DNA of 64,000 nucleotides from NCBI GenBank assembly GCA_051880235.1, contig JBJENO010000036.1:615-64614 (forward strand), given 5' to 3'. A program made the position numbers and the translations under genes. This document shows, piece by piece, positions 10,265 through 19,630 of this stretch. Position 1 is the first letter of the stretch, and each line of letters starts with the position of its first letter. This stretch comes from Acetatifactor sp. (GTDB lineage Bacteria; Bacillota; Clostridia; Lachnospirales; Lachnospiraceae). Below the pieces are notes generated by a model that saw only the letters and a list, made by a program, of their open reading frames with translations, did no database searches and was not told where the DNA came from.

Positions 10265-11259
10265 CCTTCCGGTCCTAACTCCTCCAAAATCTTCTGAATA
10301 TAGGGCACCATCTCTTTACTTGGCATTTCCTTCAGCGTCGGGGGCAAATGCATTCTCGGGATATCCAGCCAGGTAGTCTTCCTGAGAATATCCCGGCAGC
10401 CTGATTTCTCCAACATCAGTTCATACTGATTGCGCTTCTCTCTGCCTCTCGTATCCCGGGACACGGGAGTAAAGATTCTCGTACACAATCTCAGTACTTC
10501 GGTCAGTCCGTTGACTGCATCCCCCATGTCCAGAACAACATATTCATATTCACCCAGCAGCTCGATTTGAGAAAACAACTGCATCCAATCCTCCGCAGTC
10601 AGTTCCAATAGCGCCTGTCCCGCTTTCACCGGTAAAAAGTAAGCCAGTCCTCCCATGTTATGTACCATAGTCTTCATGCGCAGGGACAGTTTGCCGGGGT
10701 CGGCGTGCAGATAATAGATCAGATCGGCAAGGTCCTGGCTCTGATAGTCCGGAAGCAGTTCTCCCATCCCGGCGCAGCTCTCCATATTCAGATAGAGCGT
10801 GGAATATCTCTGGGACAAGTACCTTCCCACACCGATGGACAACGTGGTCTGCCCCAGTCGGTGAATGGGCGAATAGAACCCGATAAATTTCGTATTGGCC
10901 AATCGTCTCACCGATGTCACAGAGCCTTTCGCAATCTGTTCCACATAGAAACGCATAAATTCTCTGCACACTCCGTCAGCCGGCTGATACTTATCCACAT
11001 AGGTCATATCCTCCCACCGGAGTAATCCACTTTCGCTTAGTATGACTGTTTTCGCGGGTGGAAACGTCAGTTCCTCCCCACTGTATACCGCCTCTGATAC
11101 AGCAGCGAACGCCACCTCTTCGGAGTCCTTCTGAAGTTCAGACACGCCGAAATAGGTACGTACCTCCCATAAATCGCTTTGTCTTCTCAGATATTGAGCC
11201 AACTGCTGAATATACTCCCTGTCCGAATCACAGAGCGCAAGAATTGGCTTTGGCATCAT
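10252..11259 (-). CDS. CpaE/TadZ-like protein (receiver-like domain plus degenerate ParA/MinD P-loop)
   Basis: ALCDSD N-terminus; FYSPIHRLGQTT deviant P-loop; upstream of tadA. Confidence 0.7.
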   Translation of the reverse strand: MMPKPILALCDSDREYIQQLAQYLRRQSDLWEVRTYFGVSELQKDSEEVAFAAVSEAVYSGEELTFPPAKTVILSESGLLRWEDMTYVDKYQPADGVCREFMRFYVEQIAKGSVTSVRRLANTKFIGFYSPIHRLGQTTLSIGVGRYLSQRYSTLYLNMESCAGMGELLPDYQSQDLADLIYYLHADPGKLSLRMKTMVHNMGGLAYFLPVKAGQALLELTAEDWMQLFSQIELLGEYEYVVLDMGDAVNGLTEVLRLCTRIFTPVSRDTRGREKRNQYELMLEKSGCRDILRKTTWLDIPRMHLPPTLKEMPSKEMVPYIQKILEELGPEGWKR

Positions 11260-11732
11260 CTCATTCCTCCCCTACAACAGACCGCCACAAATGCCACCAA
11301 AATAGGGCCGGCCATACAAACTGTTTTACCGTTTCTCATCTTTTTGCCCGCCTCCCCGGCAGTTCCCCCTTCCTTCCCGGCGCAGCAAACCAACCCAAGC
11401 CAAAACAGATACGATAACAGTGCAAATCCAAATGACAGAAATAAAAAAACAAGAATCTGTTCGAAATGAAAGAATCCGGCCATTACTCCCAGAAGCTTTA
11501 TATCGCCTGCCCCCAGCGCACGGATCAAGAAAAAAAGAAAAAAGAACAGCAGACAGCACAAGCCCCGGACTACATACCAAAAAGTATCCACCGGACCACC
11601 CTTCGCCAAATGATAGACGATTCCCCAGGACAGCATCAGCAAAATCAGTTCGTTGGGAATTTTGCGAAAGCGATAGTCAAACAGACAGGTCATTGCTGCC
11701 AAAAGACATAATGTGACCATAATCCCACTCAC
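11256..11732 (-). CDS. A24 prepilin peptidase (TadV/CpaA-like)
   Basis: FDYRFRKIPN and GAGDIKL motifs. Confidence 0.88.
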   Translation of the reverse strand: MSGIMVTLCLLAAMTCLFDYRFRKIPNELILLMLSWGIVYHLAKGGPVDTFWYVVRGLCCLLFFFLFFLIRALGAGDIKLLGVMAGFFHFEQILVFLFLSFGFALLSYLFWLGLVCCAGKEGGTAGEAGKKMRNGKTVCMAGPILVAFVAVCCRGGMR

Positions 11733-11830
11733 TTACACTATGAAAAAAGTTTCAAGAAATTGATTGGCGAAATGCCTGAAAAAAGAAAATCTGAAACGGT
11801 AAAAGAAGATCAACAAGATCTACAATGAGA

Positions 11831-11859
11831 AGTATATAACAGCTTGTTCAAAAAATCAA
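11831..11859 (-). promoter_or_regulatory. sigma-A promoter of the tad operon
   Basis: TTGATT-17-TATACT. Confidence 0.55.
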
Positions 11860-11931
11860 GTACTTTTTTATTATTTTCCGTCTTTCCTATGAAGGTTACA
11901 TCTGCGGCACCTTTCGGAGGCGTTTGCGCCT

Positions 11932-12135
11932 TCAGACAGACACAATATGCCGGTACAGTTCCAAGGCATAGAGCGCAAGGACACCCGGCATTCCCAGAAA
12001 ACCCGAAACAGTCAACGTGATGCCATTCAGTCCCACAACAAGTTCAGTTCCCATTTTCAAAAACAGTCCATTGATGCAGAGGATCGCCACTCCTCCAAAC
12101 ACCAGGCGAAGTGCGAAATTGATCAGTTTTTCCAT
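11932..12135 (-). CDS. bofA: Pro-sigmaK processing inhibitor BofA family
   Basis: VGLNGITLTVSGFLGMPGV motif; small membrane protein. Confidence 0.85.
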   Translation of the reverse strand: MEKLINFALRLVFGGVAILCINGLFLKMGTELVVGLNGITLTVSGFLGMPGVLALYALELYRHIVSV

Positions 12136-12162
12136 AGAGACGCTCCGTGGGATCTTCTCTTC

Positions 12163-12192
12163 ATCTTATGAAGGATCACCGGGGACTATGAC
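12163..12192 (-). promoter_or_regulatory. sigma-E-type sporulation promoter of bofA
   Basis: gtcATA-16-CATAAGAT matches the SigE consensus ATA-N16-18-CATAcanT. Confidence 0.6.
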
Positions 12193-12207
12193 GGGCCTTT
12201 TTCACGC

Positions 12208-12240
12208 ACAGACGCCCTCTGCTTGGCAGAGGGCGTCTGT
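12208..12240 (-). terminator. Hairpin terminator after glgB
   Basis: ACAGACGCCCTCTGC/GCAGAGGGCGTCTGT 15-bp perfect stem. Confidence 0.7.
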
Positions 12241-12251
12241 TATGTCAGCGA

Positions 12252-14165
12252 TTAGAAAACAAAAACTGCAGCTCCACAAGGAGGAAGATCAACCGTCAAA
12301 GAATACTTCTGGTAGTGACAGGGCTCCTTTTCGGCCTTGATTTCTGCGGGGATCTCATTCCCCCAGCCGCCAAATCTTTCCTCATCACTGTTCAAAAGCA
12401 GCCGATACTTTTTGTTCTTCGGCACGGGAACACGGTATCCTTCTCTCTTGATGGGGGTCATATTCATCACAAAGAGCAAACTGTTTCTTCCGGTAGAGGA
12501 TTTTCTGACAAAGGAATACACACTGTTATCCGCGTCATCTGCATTCATCCACTCAAATCCGGCCCAGGACTGATCCAGCTCATACATGGCAGGATATTTG
12601 CGGTACAGAGCAAGCAGTTCCTTCATATAGGTCTGCATTCCCAGATTGTTCTTCTCACCCAGCAGGAACCAGTCCAGTTCTCGCTTTTCACTCCACTCTC
12701 TCTCCTGACCAAACTCCTGTCCCATGAACAAAAGCTTCTTGCCTGCATGTCCGAACATGTAGGTATAGCCGGCACGAAGGTGTGCATACTTGTCCACCTG
12801 ATAGCCGGGCATCTTGTTTACCATGGAGCACTTCAAATGTACTACCTCATCATGGGAAAGCGGAAGAATATAGCGCTCACTCTCATTGTAGGACATCGCA
12901 AAGGTCATCGCATAATGGTTCCCCTTCCGGTACAGAGGATCCAGCTTCATATATTCACAGAAGTCATGCATCCATCCCATGTTCCACTTGTAGGTAAAGC
13001 CAAGGCTGTTGCCGCCGATCTCACCGGTGACTCCGGGCCACGCGGTAGATTCCTCCGCAATGGTCAAAAATCCCTTTGCGGCACCTCTGACAACAGAATT
13101 CATATGCTTAAAGAATTCGATGGCCTCCAGATTCTCCTTTCCGCCATACTGGTTGGGAAGCCACTGTCCATCCTGCTTGCCATAATCCAAATACAGCATG
13201 GAGGCTACCGCATCCACACGGATACCGTCTACATGGAACTCTCTCATCCAATAGAGTACGTTGGCGATCAGGAAATTCTTCACCTCGGGTTTGCCGTAAT
13301 TGAAGATCTTCGTTCCCCAATCGGGGTGCTCTCCACGTCTTGGGTCGGGATGCTCGAAGATACACTTTCCATCAAACTCGCCAAGTCCGTGTGCATCCGT
13401 TGCAAAATGAGCCGGAACCCAGTCAAGGATCACACCAATGCCTGCACGGTGCAGCTTGTTCACAAGGTACATAAAATCCTTGGGAGTTCCGTAACGGGCG
13501 GTAGGTGCATAATACCCCGTAACCTGATAACCCCAGGAACCATCGTAGGGATGCTCGGCGATCCCCATCAGTTCTACGTGGGTGAACTTCATCTCCTTCA
13601 GATAGTCCACGATCCTGTCGGCAAATTCTCTGTAATTATAGAATCCGTCCTCGGTCCCGTCGGGATGCTTCATAAAGGACCCGATGTGGCACTCATAGAT
13701 CGCCAGGGGCTCCTTGAAGGTATCCTTGGTATCCCGCTGCTCCATCCATTTTGCATCCTTCCAGGCAAAGCCGCTTAAGTCGGCAACAACGGACGCAGTG
13801 CCGGGACGAAACTCTGCATGATTGGCGAAGGGGTCTGCCTTGTACAGCTTTCTGCCATCCTCAGTATGAATCAGGAACTTATACATCGCCCCTTCCTCAA
13901 CCTCCGGAACAAACAATCCCCAGATACCCACAGGTCCCAACTTCTCCATGGGACATGCGGTCTCGTTCCATTGATTGAAGGATCCGATCACATAAACCTC
14001 TTTCGCATTGGGCGCCCATACTCCAAAGTACACTCCCTTTTCTCCATCCTCCACGGAAAGGTGTGCCCCCAGTTTCTTGTAGATGTCATAATGGGTCCCC
14101 TGCGAAAAAAGGTACTGATCCGCCTCTGAAATAAAAACCTTCTCCCGAATTTCTGCCATCCTCAT
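12252..14165 (-). CDS. glgB: 1,4-alpha-glucan branching enzyme
   Basis: WAPNA, WGYQ, DWVPAHF, RVDAVASMLY, AEESTAW and LSHDEVVH motifs. Confidence 0.97.
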   Translation of the reverse strand: MRMAEIREKVFISEADQYLFSQGTHYDIYKKLGAHLSVEDGEKGVYFGVWAPNAKEVYVIGSFNQWNETACPMEKLGPVGIWGLFVPEVEEGAMYKFLIHTEDGRKLYKADPFANHAEFRPGTASVVADLSGFAWKDAKWMEQRDTKDTFKEPLAIYECHIGSFMKHPDGTEDGFYNYREFADRIVDYLKEMKFTHVELMGIAEHPYDGSWGYQVTGYYAPTARYGTPKDFMYLVNKLHRAGIGVILDWVPAHFATDAHGLGEFDGKCIFEHPDPRRGEHPDWGTKIFNYGKPEVKNFLIANVLYWMREFHVDGIRVDAVASMLYLDYGKQDGQWLPNQYGGKENLEAIEFFKHMNSVVRGAAKGFLTIAEESTAWPGVTGEIGGNSLGFTYKWNMGWMHDFCEYMKLDPLYRKGNHYAMTFAMSYNESERYILPLSHDEVVHLKCSMVNKMPGYQVDKYAHLRAGYTYMFGHAGKKLLFMGQEFGQEREWSEKRELDWFLLGEKNNLGMQTYMKELLALYRKYPAMYELDQSWAGFEWMNADDADNSVYSFVRKSSTGRNSLLFVMNMTPIKREGYRVPVPKNKKYRLLLNSDEERFGGWGNEIPAEIKAEKEPCHYQKYSLTVDLPPCGAAVFVF

Positions 14166-14174
14166 TGCCTCCTA

Positions 14175-16820
14175 TCACTCAAAATCTTCTTCTGTAAGAA
14201 TAATCATATCCTCATCATCATATCTTCTACCGAACAGGATGTCGAAGAAATGCTTCAGATTCTTGCGGTCTGCGTTGTAGATCGCCTCGTCCACCAGTTC
14301 ACGCACATCCACGGTGGAAACATGGTGGTCTATAGTCTGCAGCTGCTCGATCCGATTGTGAAGTGCAAGAACACCGAATTCATCAATGGAATATTCCCTG
14401 CTCCTCGCATATGCCTTCGCATGGGCTACCAGCGAATCATTGCTGGGTGGCTCCATATCTACCCTTGCATTGAACAGCGCCACAAAATCCGGGTACTTCT
14501 TCAACATTTCGTTGATGTTCTTCTTCGTATCCTCCAGCACAACAATAATACCGATCCGATCCTGCTGAAGCGCCTTGTACAGTTTCCAGGAAGTATCCTC
14601 GGTCATCTCGCAGGCCGACTGAATGATCAGCGCACCGTTCTTTACCTTTTCAAAGGTTTCACCCAGATCCTTGCTGTTCAGTCCCCGACCGGTGATCTTC
14701 GCCACTCGTCCCGAGAAATTCCTGTCGTTTAGCTGAACCTCGCGAATTAATGTCTTCGCCAACGCCAACGTGTCCATGCTGGCATCACCGGTGACAATAA
14801 TATTGCCTGTGTAGGGCGCCATACTGATGGTATCGATGGCATGAATCAGCTTGTCCCTTCCGGTACGACTTTGGATAAAAGGTTCATACATCACCTTCTC
14901 TTCCTCCGTCAGGGGTCTGGTCTTGAAGGACTCATGATGCTGGCTGGGCATGTCCTTCTTTTCCTCCGGTTCCACAGGCTGCTCGGTATTCTCTGCTTCC
15001 TCATTTTCTCCTGAGTCTGTGGTTTCCTCCGTCAGGTCTTTTTCCATGGGTTCTGAAGACTCATCGCTGTCGGTCTGTGCAGCGGCTTCCGGTTCGGTGT
15101 CCTCTTCAGGTGCCTCCCCAACCTCAGGCTCTGAATCTGTATCCACATCTTCGGAAAGATCCGACTCTTCCGGTTCCTCCTCTTCGTTGGAAGCTTTCAC
15201 CTCCGTCAGTCCCCCTGTCTCCACTTCAAAAATCATTTCCTCCGGCTCCGATTCCTCTGTATTCTCCTCGAAGACAGTTTCCTCCTCCGGCTCCGATTCC
15301 TCTGTATCCTCCTCGAAAACAGCTTCCTCCTCCGGCTCCTGCTCCACTGTTTCCACGAAGTTCTCGGACTCTGTATCCGCCGTCTCCTCGATCTGCTCCA
15401 GTTCCTCTACCTCACCATACTCTTCGGTATCGTAGGTAGACTCCTCCATCGTATCCTCAGCGGTCTCCTCGCCTGTATCTTCCGCTGAATGATTGCTCTC
15501 CAGCCTCTCCAGAAGGTCATCCAGTTTCTCCCGTTCAAAATCAGCAAACAGACTGCCGGTATGTTCCAGCACGAGCTTCTCTACCTGCTCTCTCTGGTGC
15601 GCTTCCCTCTCCTTCTGAAGTCTGTCCCACTCCTTCAGCACGTCCTCAATGGAGAGCTGACCGGTGATCTGCTTCTCCACTGCCTCCTCTCCGGGCACAA
15701 CCAGACGCAGCTGTCCGTCAGACTCCTGGGAGAGCTGTCTTGCCAGTTCCTTTGGAGGCTGGGCTGCCCTGGCCCTCTCCTCTTCCTTCTCCAAAGCGGA
15801 CGCGGTCAGTTCATCCACAACACGTGTAGGGGAGAAATTGTCCACATAATAGACATCCCCTGCCATCTCATCGATGGCTTCCACATTCACCCGTGCAGTG
15901 TCATCCTCCTCCATCACAGAATGAACCTCCGTCGGCTGATCCATCAGAGCTTTTAACCCCTCGGCAATTTCCTTCTGCAGATTCATGGTGCTGTAAGGAC
16001 TGATATCAATTTGTTTCACCTCGATGTCCATCTCATCTGAGGCGTCAGAATGCTGTTCCAAAGTCTCTTCCTGTACGTAGACAGCTTCCTGCTCCGGCAT
16101 GTCTTCCGCCACAGTCTCCTGAGCATAGTTTTCCTCTGACACTTCGTTTCCGGCGGTCTCTGCCGTCTCCTCTACAGTCTGTCTGTCATAGATTTTGGTT
16201 TCCTCTCCCTCCAGGCGTCTGTCATAGATCTCCTGCTGAGAAGGTGTCAGTTCCTCATAAAGTTGCTTCAACTCCATGGCTTTATACACATATTTTCCGG
16301 AGCCAAACCAGAGAATCAGTTCATCACATTCCTGCACGCAGAGCGTGATCTCCCCTGCCTTATGGTATAAGAAGGCCAATTCATAGCCCCATTTTTCTCT
16401 GTAATCCTCTCGCTTCAACTCCTCCAATACAAAGATACGGTTTTCCAGAGAGGCACCCTGCATCTCGTAAAGCTTATACTGTAAAACAAATCTGGATGGA
16501 TCCTTGGGTGCAAGCTGCACAAACTCACGGTAAAAATTCAGTGCCTGATCATACTCATTCAGCTTCATGCAGACCTCACAGAGGGAATAGCAGACATTCT
16601 TCCCGCCCTGTCTCATCTCATAGGCCAGCAACAGTAGTTTTTTTGCCTCATTGTATTGCTTCGTCACTTTATATAGATCACTGATAGTACAAAGCATCAT
16701 GCTGCTCTTGCATTTGCGCCAGTCGATCCCGTCTGCAATCTCGGCAGCATCATGATACTTTCCCTGTCCGATGTATTCCTTGATCGTGTCAACTTTTACT
16801 TTATATTCATACTTATCCAA
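14175..16820 (-). CDS. TPR + acidic linker + degenerate SpoVK/CbbX-like AAA+ domain protein
   Basis: N-terminal TPR-like helices, long E/D-rich region, C-terminal NIIVTGDASMDT/GALIIQSA/IVVLED. Confidence 0.65.
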   Translation of the reverse strand: MDKYEYKVKVDTIKEYIGQGKYHDAAEIADGIDWRKCKSSMMLCTISDLYKVTKQYNEAKKLLLLAYEMRQGGKNVCYSLCEVCMKLNEYDQALNFYREFVQLAPKDPSRFVLQYKLYEMQGASLENRIFVLEELKREDYREKWGYELAFLYHKAGEITLCVQECDELILWFGSGKYVYKAMELKQLYEELTPSQQEIYDRRLEGEETKIYDRQTVEETAETAGNEVSEENYAQETVAEDMPEQEAVYVQEETLEQHSDASDEMDIEVKQIDISPYSTMNLQKEIAEGLKALMDQPTEVHSVMEEDDTARVNVEAIDEMAGDVYYVDNFSPTRVVDELTASALEKEEERARAAQPPKELARQLSQESDGQLRLVVPGEEAVEKQITGQLSIEDVLKEWDRLQKEREAHQREQVEKLVLEHTGSLFADFEREKLDDLLERLESNHSAEDTGEETAEDTMEESTYDTEEYGEVEELEQIEETADTESENFVETVEQEPEEEAVFEEDTEESEPEEETVFEENTEESEPEEMIFEVETGGLTEVKASNEEEEPEESDLSEDVDTDSEPEVGEAPEEDTEPEAAAQTDSDESSEPMEKDLTEETTDSGENEEAENTEQPVEPEEKKDMPSQHHESFKTRPLTEEEKVMYEPFIQSRTGRDKLIHAIDTISMAPYTGNIIVTGDASMDTLALAKTLIREVQLNDRNFSGRVAKITGRGLNSKDLGETFEKVKNGALIIQSACEMTEDTSWKLYKALQQDRIGIIVVLEDTKKNINEMLKKYPDFVALFNARVDMEPPSNDSLVAHAKAYARSREYSIDEFGVLALHNRIEQLQTIDHHVSTVDVRELVDEAIYNADRKNLKHFFDILFGRRYDDEDMIILTEEDFE
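15238..15339. repeat. 45-bp in-frame tandem repeat (about 2.3 units; EPEEE.VFEE.TEES)
   Basis: tcctccggctccgattcctctgtat.ctcctcgaa.acag recurs with period 45. Confidence 0.85.
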
Positions 16821-16874
16821 GGTCTTTTTCTCCTAAATTATCACTGAAAGTATAGCAACCCACTATCAAACTAA

Positions 16875-16904
16875 ATTTTAACACAGTTCAACAGATAATG
16901 TCAA
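16875..16904 (-). promoter_or_regulatory. sigma-A promoter for the TPR protein-glgB genes
   Basis: TTGACA-18-TAAAAT. Confidence 0.55.
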
Positions 16905-16928
16905 AAGAAATGACAAAAAAAGATCGTC

Positions 16929-17792
16929 CTACAGCTCTCCCAGCAAATCACTGAGTCTGGCGAACTGAGCCAATGTAAGAGCCTCTCCACGGACAGTGGG
17001 GGAAAGCTGCATTTCCTCCAAAACGCGTGCCACCCGTTCCTTGGAAAGACCAAGTTCCGGAGCATTTCCGAGCCCGTTCACCAAAGTTTTGCGGCGCTGA
17101 TTGAAGGATGCCCGAATGATGGCAAACATTCTGCCGGCATCCCGAACCGTCACAGGGGGCTGCTCATATTTTGTCAACCGAATGACCGCACTGCCCACAT
17201 TTGGTCTGGGAATAAAACAGTTAGGGGGTACGTTTGCGACGATTTCAGGCTTAGCATAGTACTGCACTGCCAGGGATAATGCGCCGTAATCCTTGGTACC
17301 GGGGCCCACCTGCATGCGGTCAGCCACCTCCTTCTGCACCATGATCGTAATGCTCTTCAAAGGTACCTGTTTTTCAAACAGTCCCATAATGATTGGGGTA
17401 GTGATGTAATATGGAAGATTTGCAACCACCTTGATGGGTCGTCCCCCGTTTTGCTCCTCCACGATCTTCCCCAGATCCACCTTCAGAATATCGTCGTTGA
17501 TGACGGAGATGTTGTCGTATTCCGCCAGTGTCTCCCGGAGAATCGGAATCAGATTCTTATCGATCTCAACCGCAACTACACTGCCTGCCCTCTCTGCCAG
17601 ATACTGTGTCATGGTTCCGATGCCGGGGCCGATCTCCAGGACACAATCCTCCTTCGTGATCTGAGCTGCCTGAATGATGCGATCCAGAACGGTAGGATCG
17701 ATCAGGAAATTCTGCCCATATTTCTTCTGAAAATTAAAGTGATATTTCTGTAAGATCTCAATGGTATTCTGGGGTATTCCAAGGGTTGCCAT
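16929..17792 (-). CDS. rsmA: 16S rRNA m6,2A1518/1519 dimethyltransferase
   Basis: KKYGQNFL, LEIGPGIG, ANLPYYITTP and FNQRRKTL motifs. Confidence 0.97.
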   Translation of the reverse strand: MATLGIPQNTIEILQKYHFNFQKKYGQNFLIDPTVLDRIIQAAQITKEDCVLEIGPGIGTMTQYLAERAGSVVAVEIDKNLIPILRETLAEYDNISVINDDILKVDLGKIVEEQNGGRPIKVVANLPYYITTPIIMGLFEKQVPLKSITIMVQKEVADRMQVGPGTKDYGALSLAVQYYAKPEIVANVPPNCFIPRPNVGSAVIRLTKYEQPPVTVRDAGRMFAIIRASFNQRRKTLVNGLGNAPELGLSKERVARVLEEMQLSPTVRGEALTLAQFARLSDLLGEL

Positions 17793-17794
17793 CT

Positions 17795-18451
17795 TTAATC
17801 CTCCTGTGATCTAAAGTAGTCAAGCACATCCAAAAGACCGGGAAAAATACGGGTGCTTAATTGTTCCATCTCCTCATCCGGTGAAATCAGATCCGGCACC
17901 ATGATAGGCTTCATTCCGGCGCGATAGGCAGACCGGATTCCGTTGGGCGAATCCTCGATGGCATAGGTTTTCGCGGGATCCACCATAAGCTTCCTGCAGG
18001 CCAGGAGATAAATGTCCGGCAGGGGTTTGGAGTGCTCCACCATATCTCCTGTGATGATCTCTTCAAAAAAGTCCGCGATCCCCGCCTGCTCCAGGTGACT
18101 GATCACAGAGGAACGTCTGGTAGAGGAGGCCAGTCCGATCCGCCATCTCTGTTCCTTCAACCAGTTCAACAGTTCCCGCACTCCCTCCTTGACGGGAAGG
18201 CCATTCTCTTCCAGATACTTCCAAAACCAGTCGGATGCCTCCCGGCGAAACACTTCGTAGTCAAAATCCGCACCATAGGCTTCCAGGACGATCTGTTTAC
18301 TGTCATTAGCATTCCGTCCGATGCACTTTGGGAAAATGATCTCCATATCCGGAAGTCCTCTTCTGTTCGCCACCTCGATCCAGCTGTCCTGACACAATTT
18401 CTCCGTGTCGAACAGGACTCCGTCCATATCAAATACGACTGCCCTTGTCAT
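17795..18451 (-). CDS. HAD family phosphatase
   Basis: FDMDGVL, KPLPDIY and EDSPNG motifs. Confidence 0.92.
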   Translation of the reverse strand: MTRAVVFDMDGVLFDTEKLCQDSWIEVANRRGLPDMEIIFPKCIGRNANDSKQIVLEAYGADFDYEVFRREASDWFWKYLEENGLPVKEGVRELLNWLKEQRWRIGLASSTRRSSVISHLEQAGIADFFEEIITGDMVEHSKPLPDIYLLACRKLMVDPAKTYAIEDSPNGIRSAYRAGMKPIMVPDLISPDEEMEQLSTRIFPGLLDVLDYFRSQED

Positions 18452-18464
18452 CCTTTTCTCTCCT

Positions 18465-19622
18465 TCACTCTTTCCAGGTAAACCGCTCCAAAAACTCAAT
18501 GTTATCATACAGTATCAGCACATCATAACCGGCATCCGTCTGTTTCGTTCCCTTTGAAGAGGGAACCCCCGACTGTGCTTCTCCGATGTGCCTTTTCAGA
18601 CAGGAAGAGATCAATGCATCCACGTCTCCCCCAAAACGATCCGGCTCCAACAGATAAATTCTGTCGTAATGCTGTGCCAAAAGAGGCACGAATGCTTTCG
18701 AGTAGGACCCCCCGATCAAAAACAGCTTTCTGCCGGTCTTCGTTTGAAAAGCAAGCTCTGTGAATGCATGTGGTCCGTCCAAATAGTAAGAATAGGGCGT
18801 ATCCGTATCCAACCACTCCGGGAAATACATGCTGTTGCTTGTCTTGCCGAAATCAAATTGTAGCGTTACTTTTCTCTTTAGGGTCTCCCTGACATAGACA
18901 AAGGTGTCCCTGTAATCACCGTATCCGATCTGCTGCTGAAGGGAACCTGCCACATCCTCGGAAGCCTTCTGTGCAATGTTCAGATTGTAGGGATATTTGC
19001 TGATTCCCATTCGTTCGGCCCAAACCCGATAGGCATAATAAGCCCCATAGGAAGTCCAGCTGCGATCTGTCCGATAGTAGGACTCCTCTCTGTGCTCTCT
19101 CAGGGTCTCCTCCACATCAATATAGTCTTCTCCCAGCAGTTCTTTTGCAAGTTCAGACAATCTGCCTTGATCCAATCTGGGGGCGGAGGAAGGGAGCTTA
19201 TCAGAAAGGACTGCATCTGATGTAGGCACAAGCATCACCTTGGCATTCCACTCCGTGACCAACTTTTCTGCCAGTTCCAGTTTTTCCTGTATCAACTGTT
19301 CCGGATAGGCTTCAGGCACATGTTCTTCAAACAGATAGCCATCCTTCCCAAGATACACGGAATCGATCTGTCTTTTGCCAAACAGGATCTGCAGACTCTT
19401 TTGCAGGTCACTCCACTTCTCCTTGCTGACGAAATTGGCAAGCAGATACCGGTCATAAGTCTCTGCCGCCTCGTCACCGGAGAGAAGAGCGTCCAGAAAG
19501 GAAGGTGCCTCCATGGTTTTCTCTGCAAACTCGTCTTCAGACACCACATCCGCAAAGGCGAAGACAAAAAACAGCGACGAGATCACCGTAATGGCAAAAA
19601 TGATATGTTTCTTGAAACTCAT
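18465..19622 (-). CDS. DHHW/AlgJ-like protein with degenerate motif (DRSW)
   Basis: VYLGKDGYL and YYRTDRSWTSYGAY; follows the MBOAT gene. Confidence 0.75.
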   Translation of the reverse strand: MSFKKHIIFAITVISSLFFVFAFADVVSEDEFAEKTMEAPSFLDALLSGDEAAETYDRYLLANFVSKEKWSDLQKSLQILFGKRQIDSVYLGKDGYLFEEHVPEAYPEQLIQEKLELAEKLVTEWNAKVMLVPTSDAVLSDKLPSSAPRLDQGRLSELAKELLGEDYIDVEETLREHREESYYRTDRSWTSYGAYYAYRVWAERMGISKYPYNLNIAQKASEDVAGSLQQQIGYGDYRDTFVYVRETLKRKVTLQFDFGKTSNSMYFPEWLDTDTPYSYYLDGPHAFTELAFQTKTGRKLFLIGGSYSKAFVPLLAQHYDRIYLLEPDRFGGDVDALISSCLKRHIGEAQSGVPSSKGTKQTDAGYDVLILYDNIEFLERFTWKE

Positions 19623-19630
19623 ATTGCCTC

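Noticed and set aside
12315-13778. 487-aa plus-strand ORF
   Set aside because: Antisense shadow of glgB; no recognisable motifs
15238-15339. CRISPR-like periodicity
   Set aside because: In-frame coding tandem repeat with no unique spacers and no cas genes
14950-15435. Ser-rich ORF
   Set aside because: Reverse complement of Glu-rich codons
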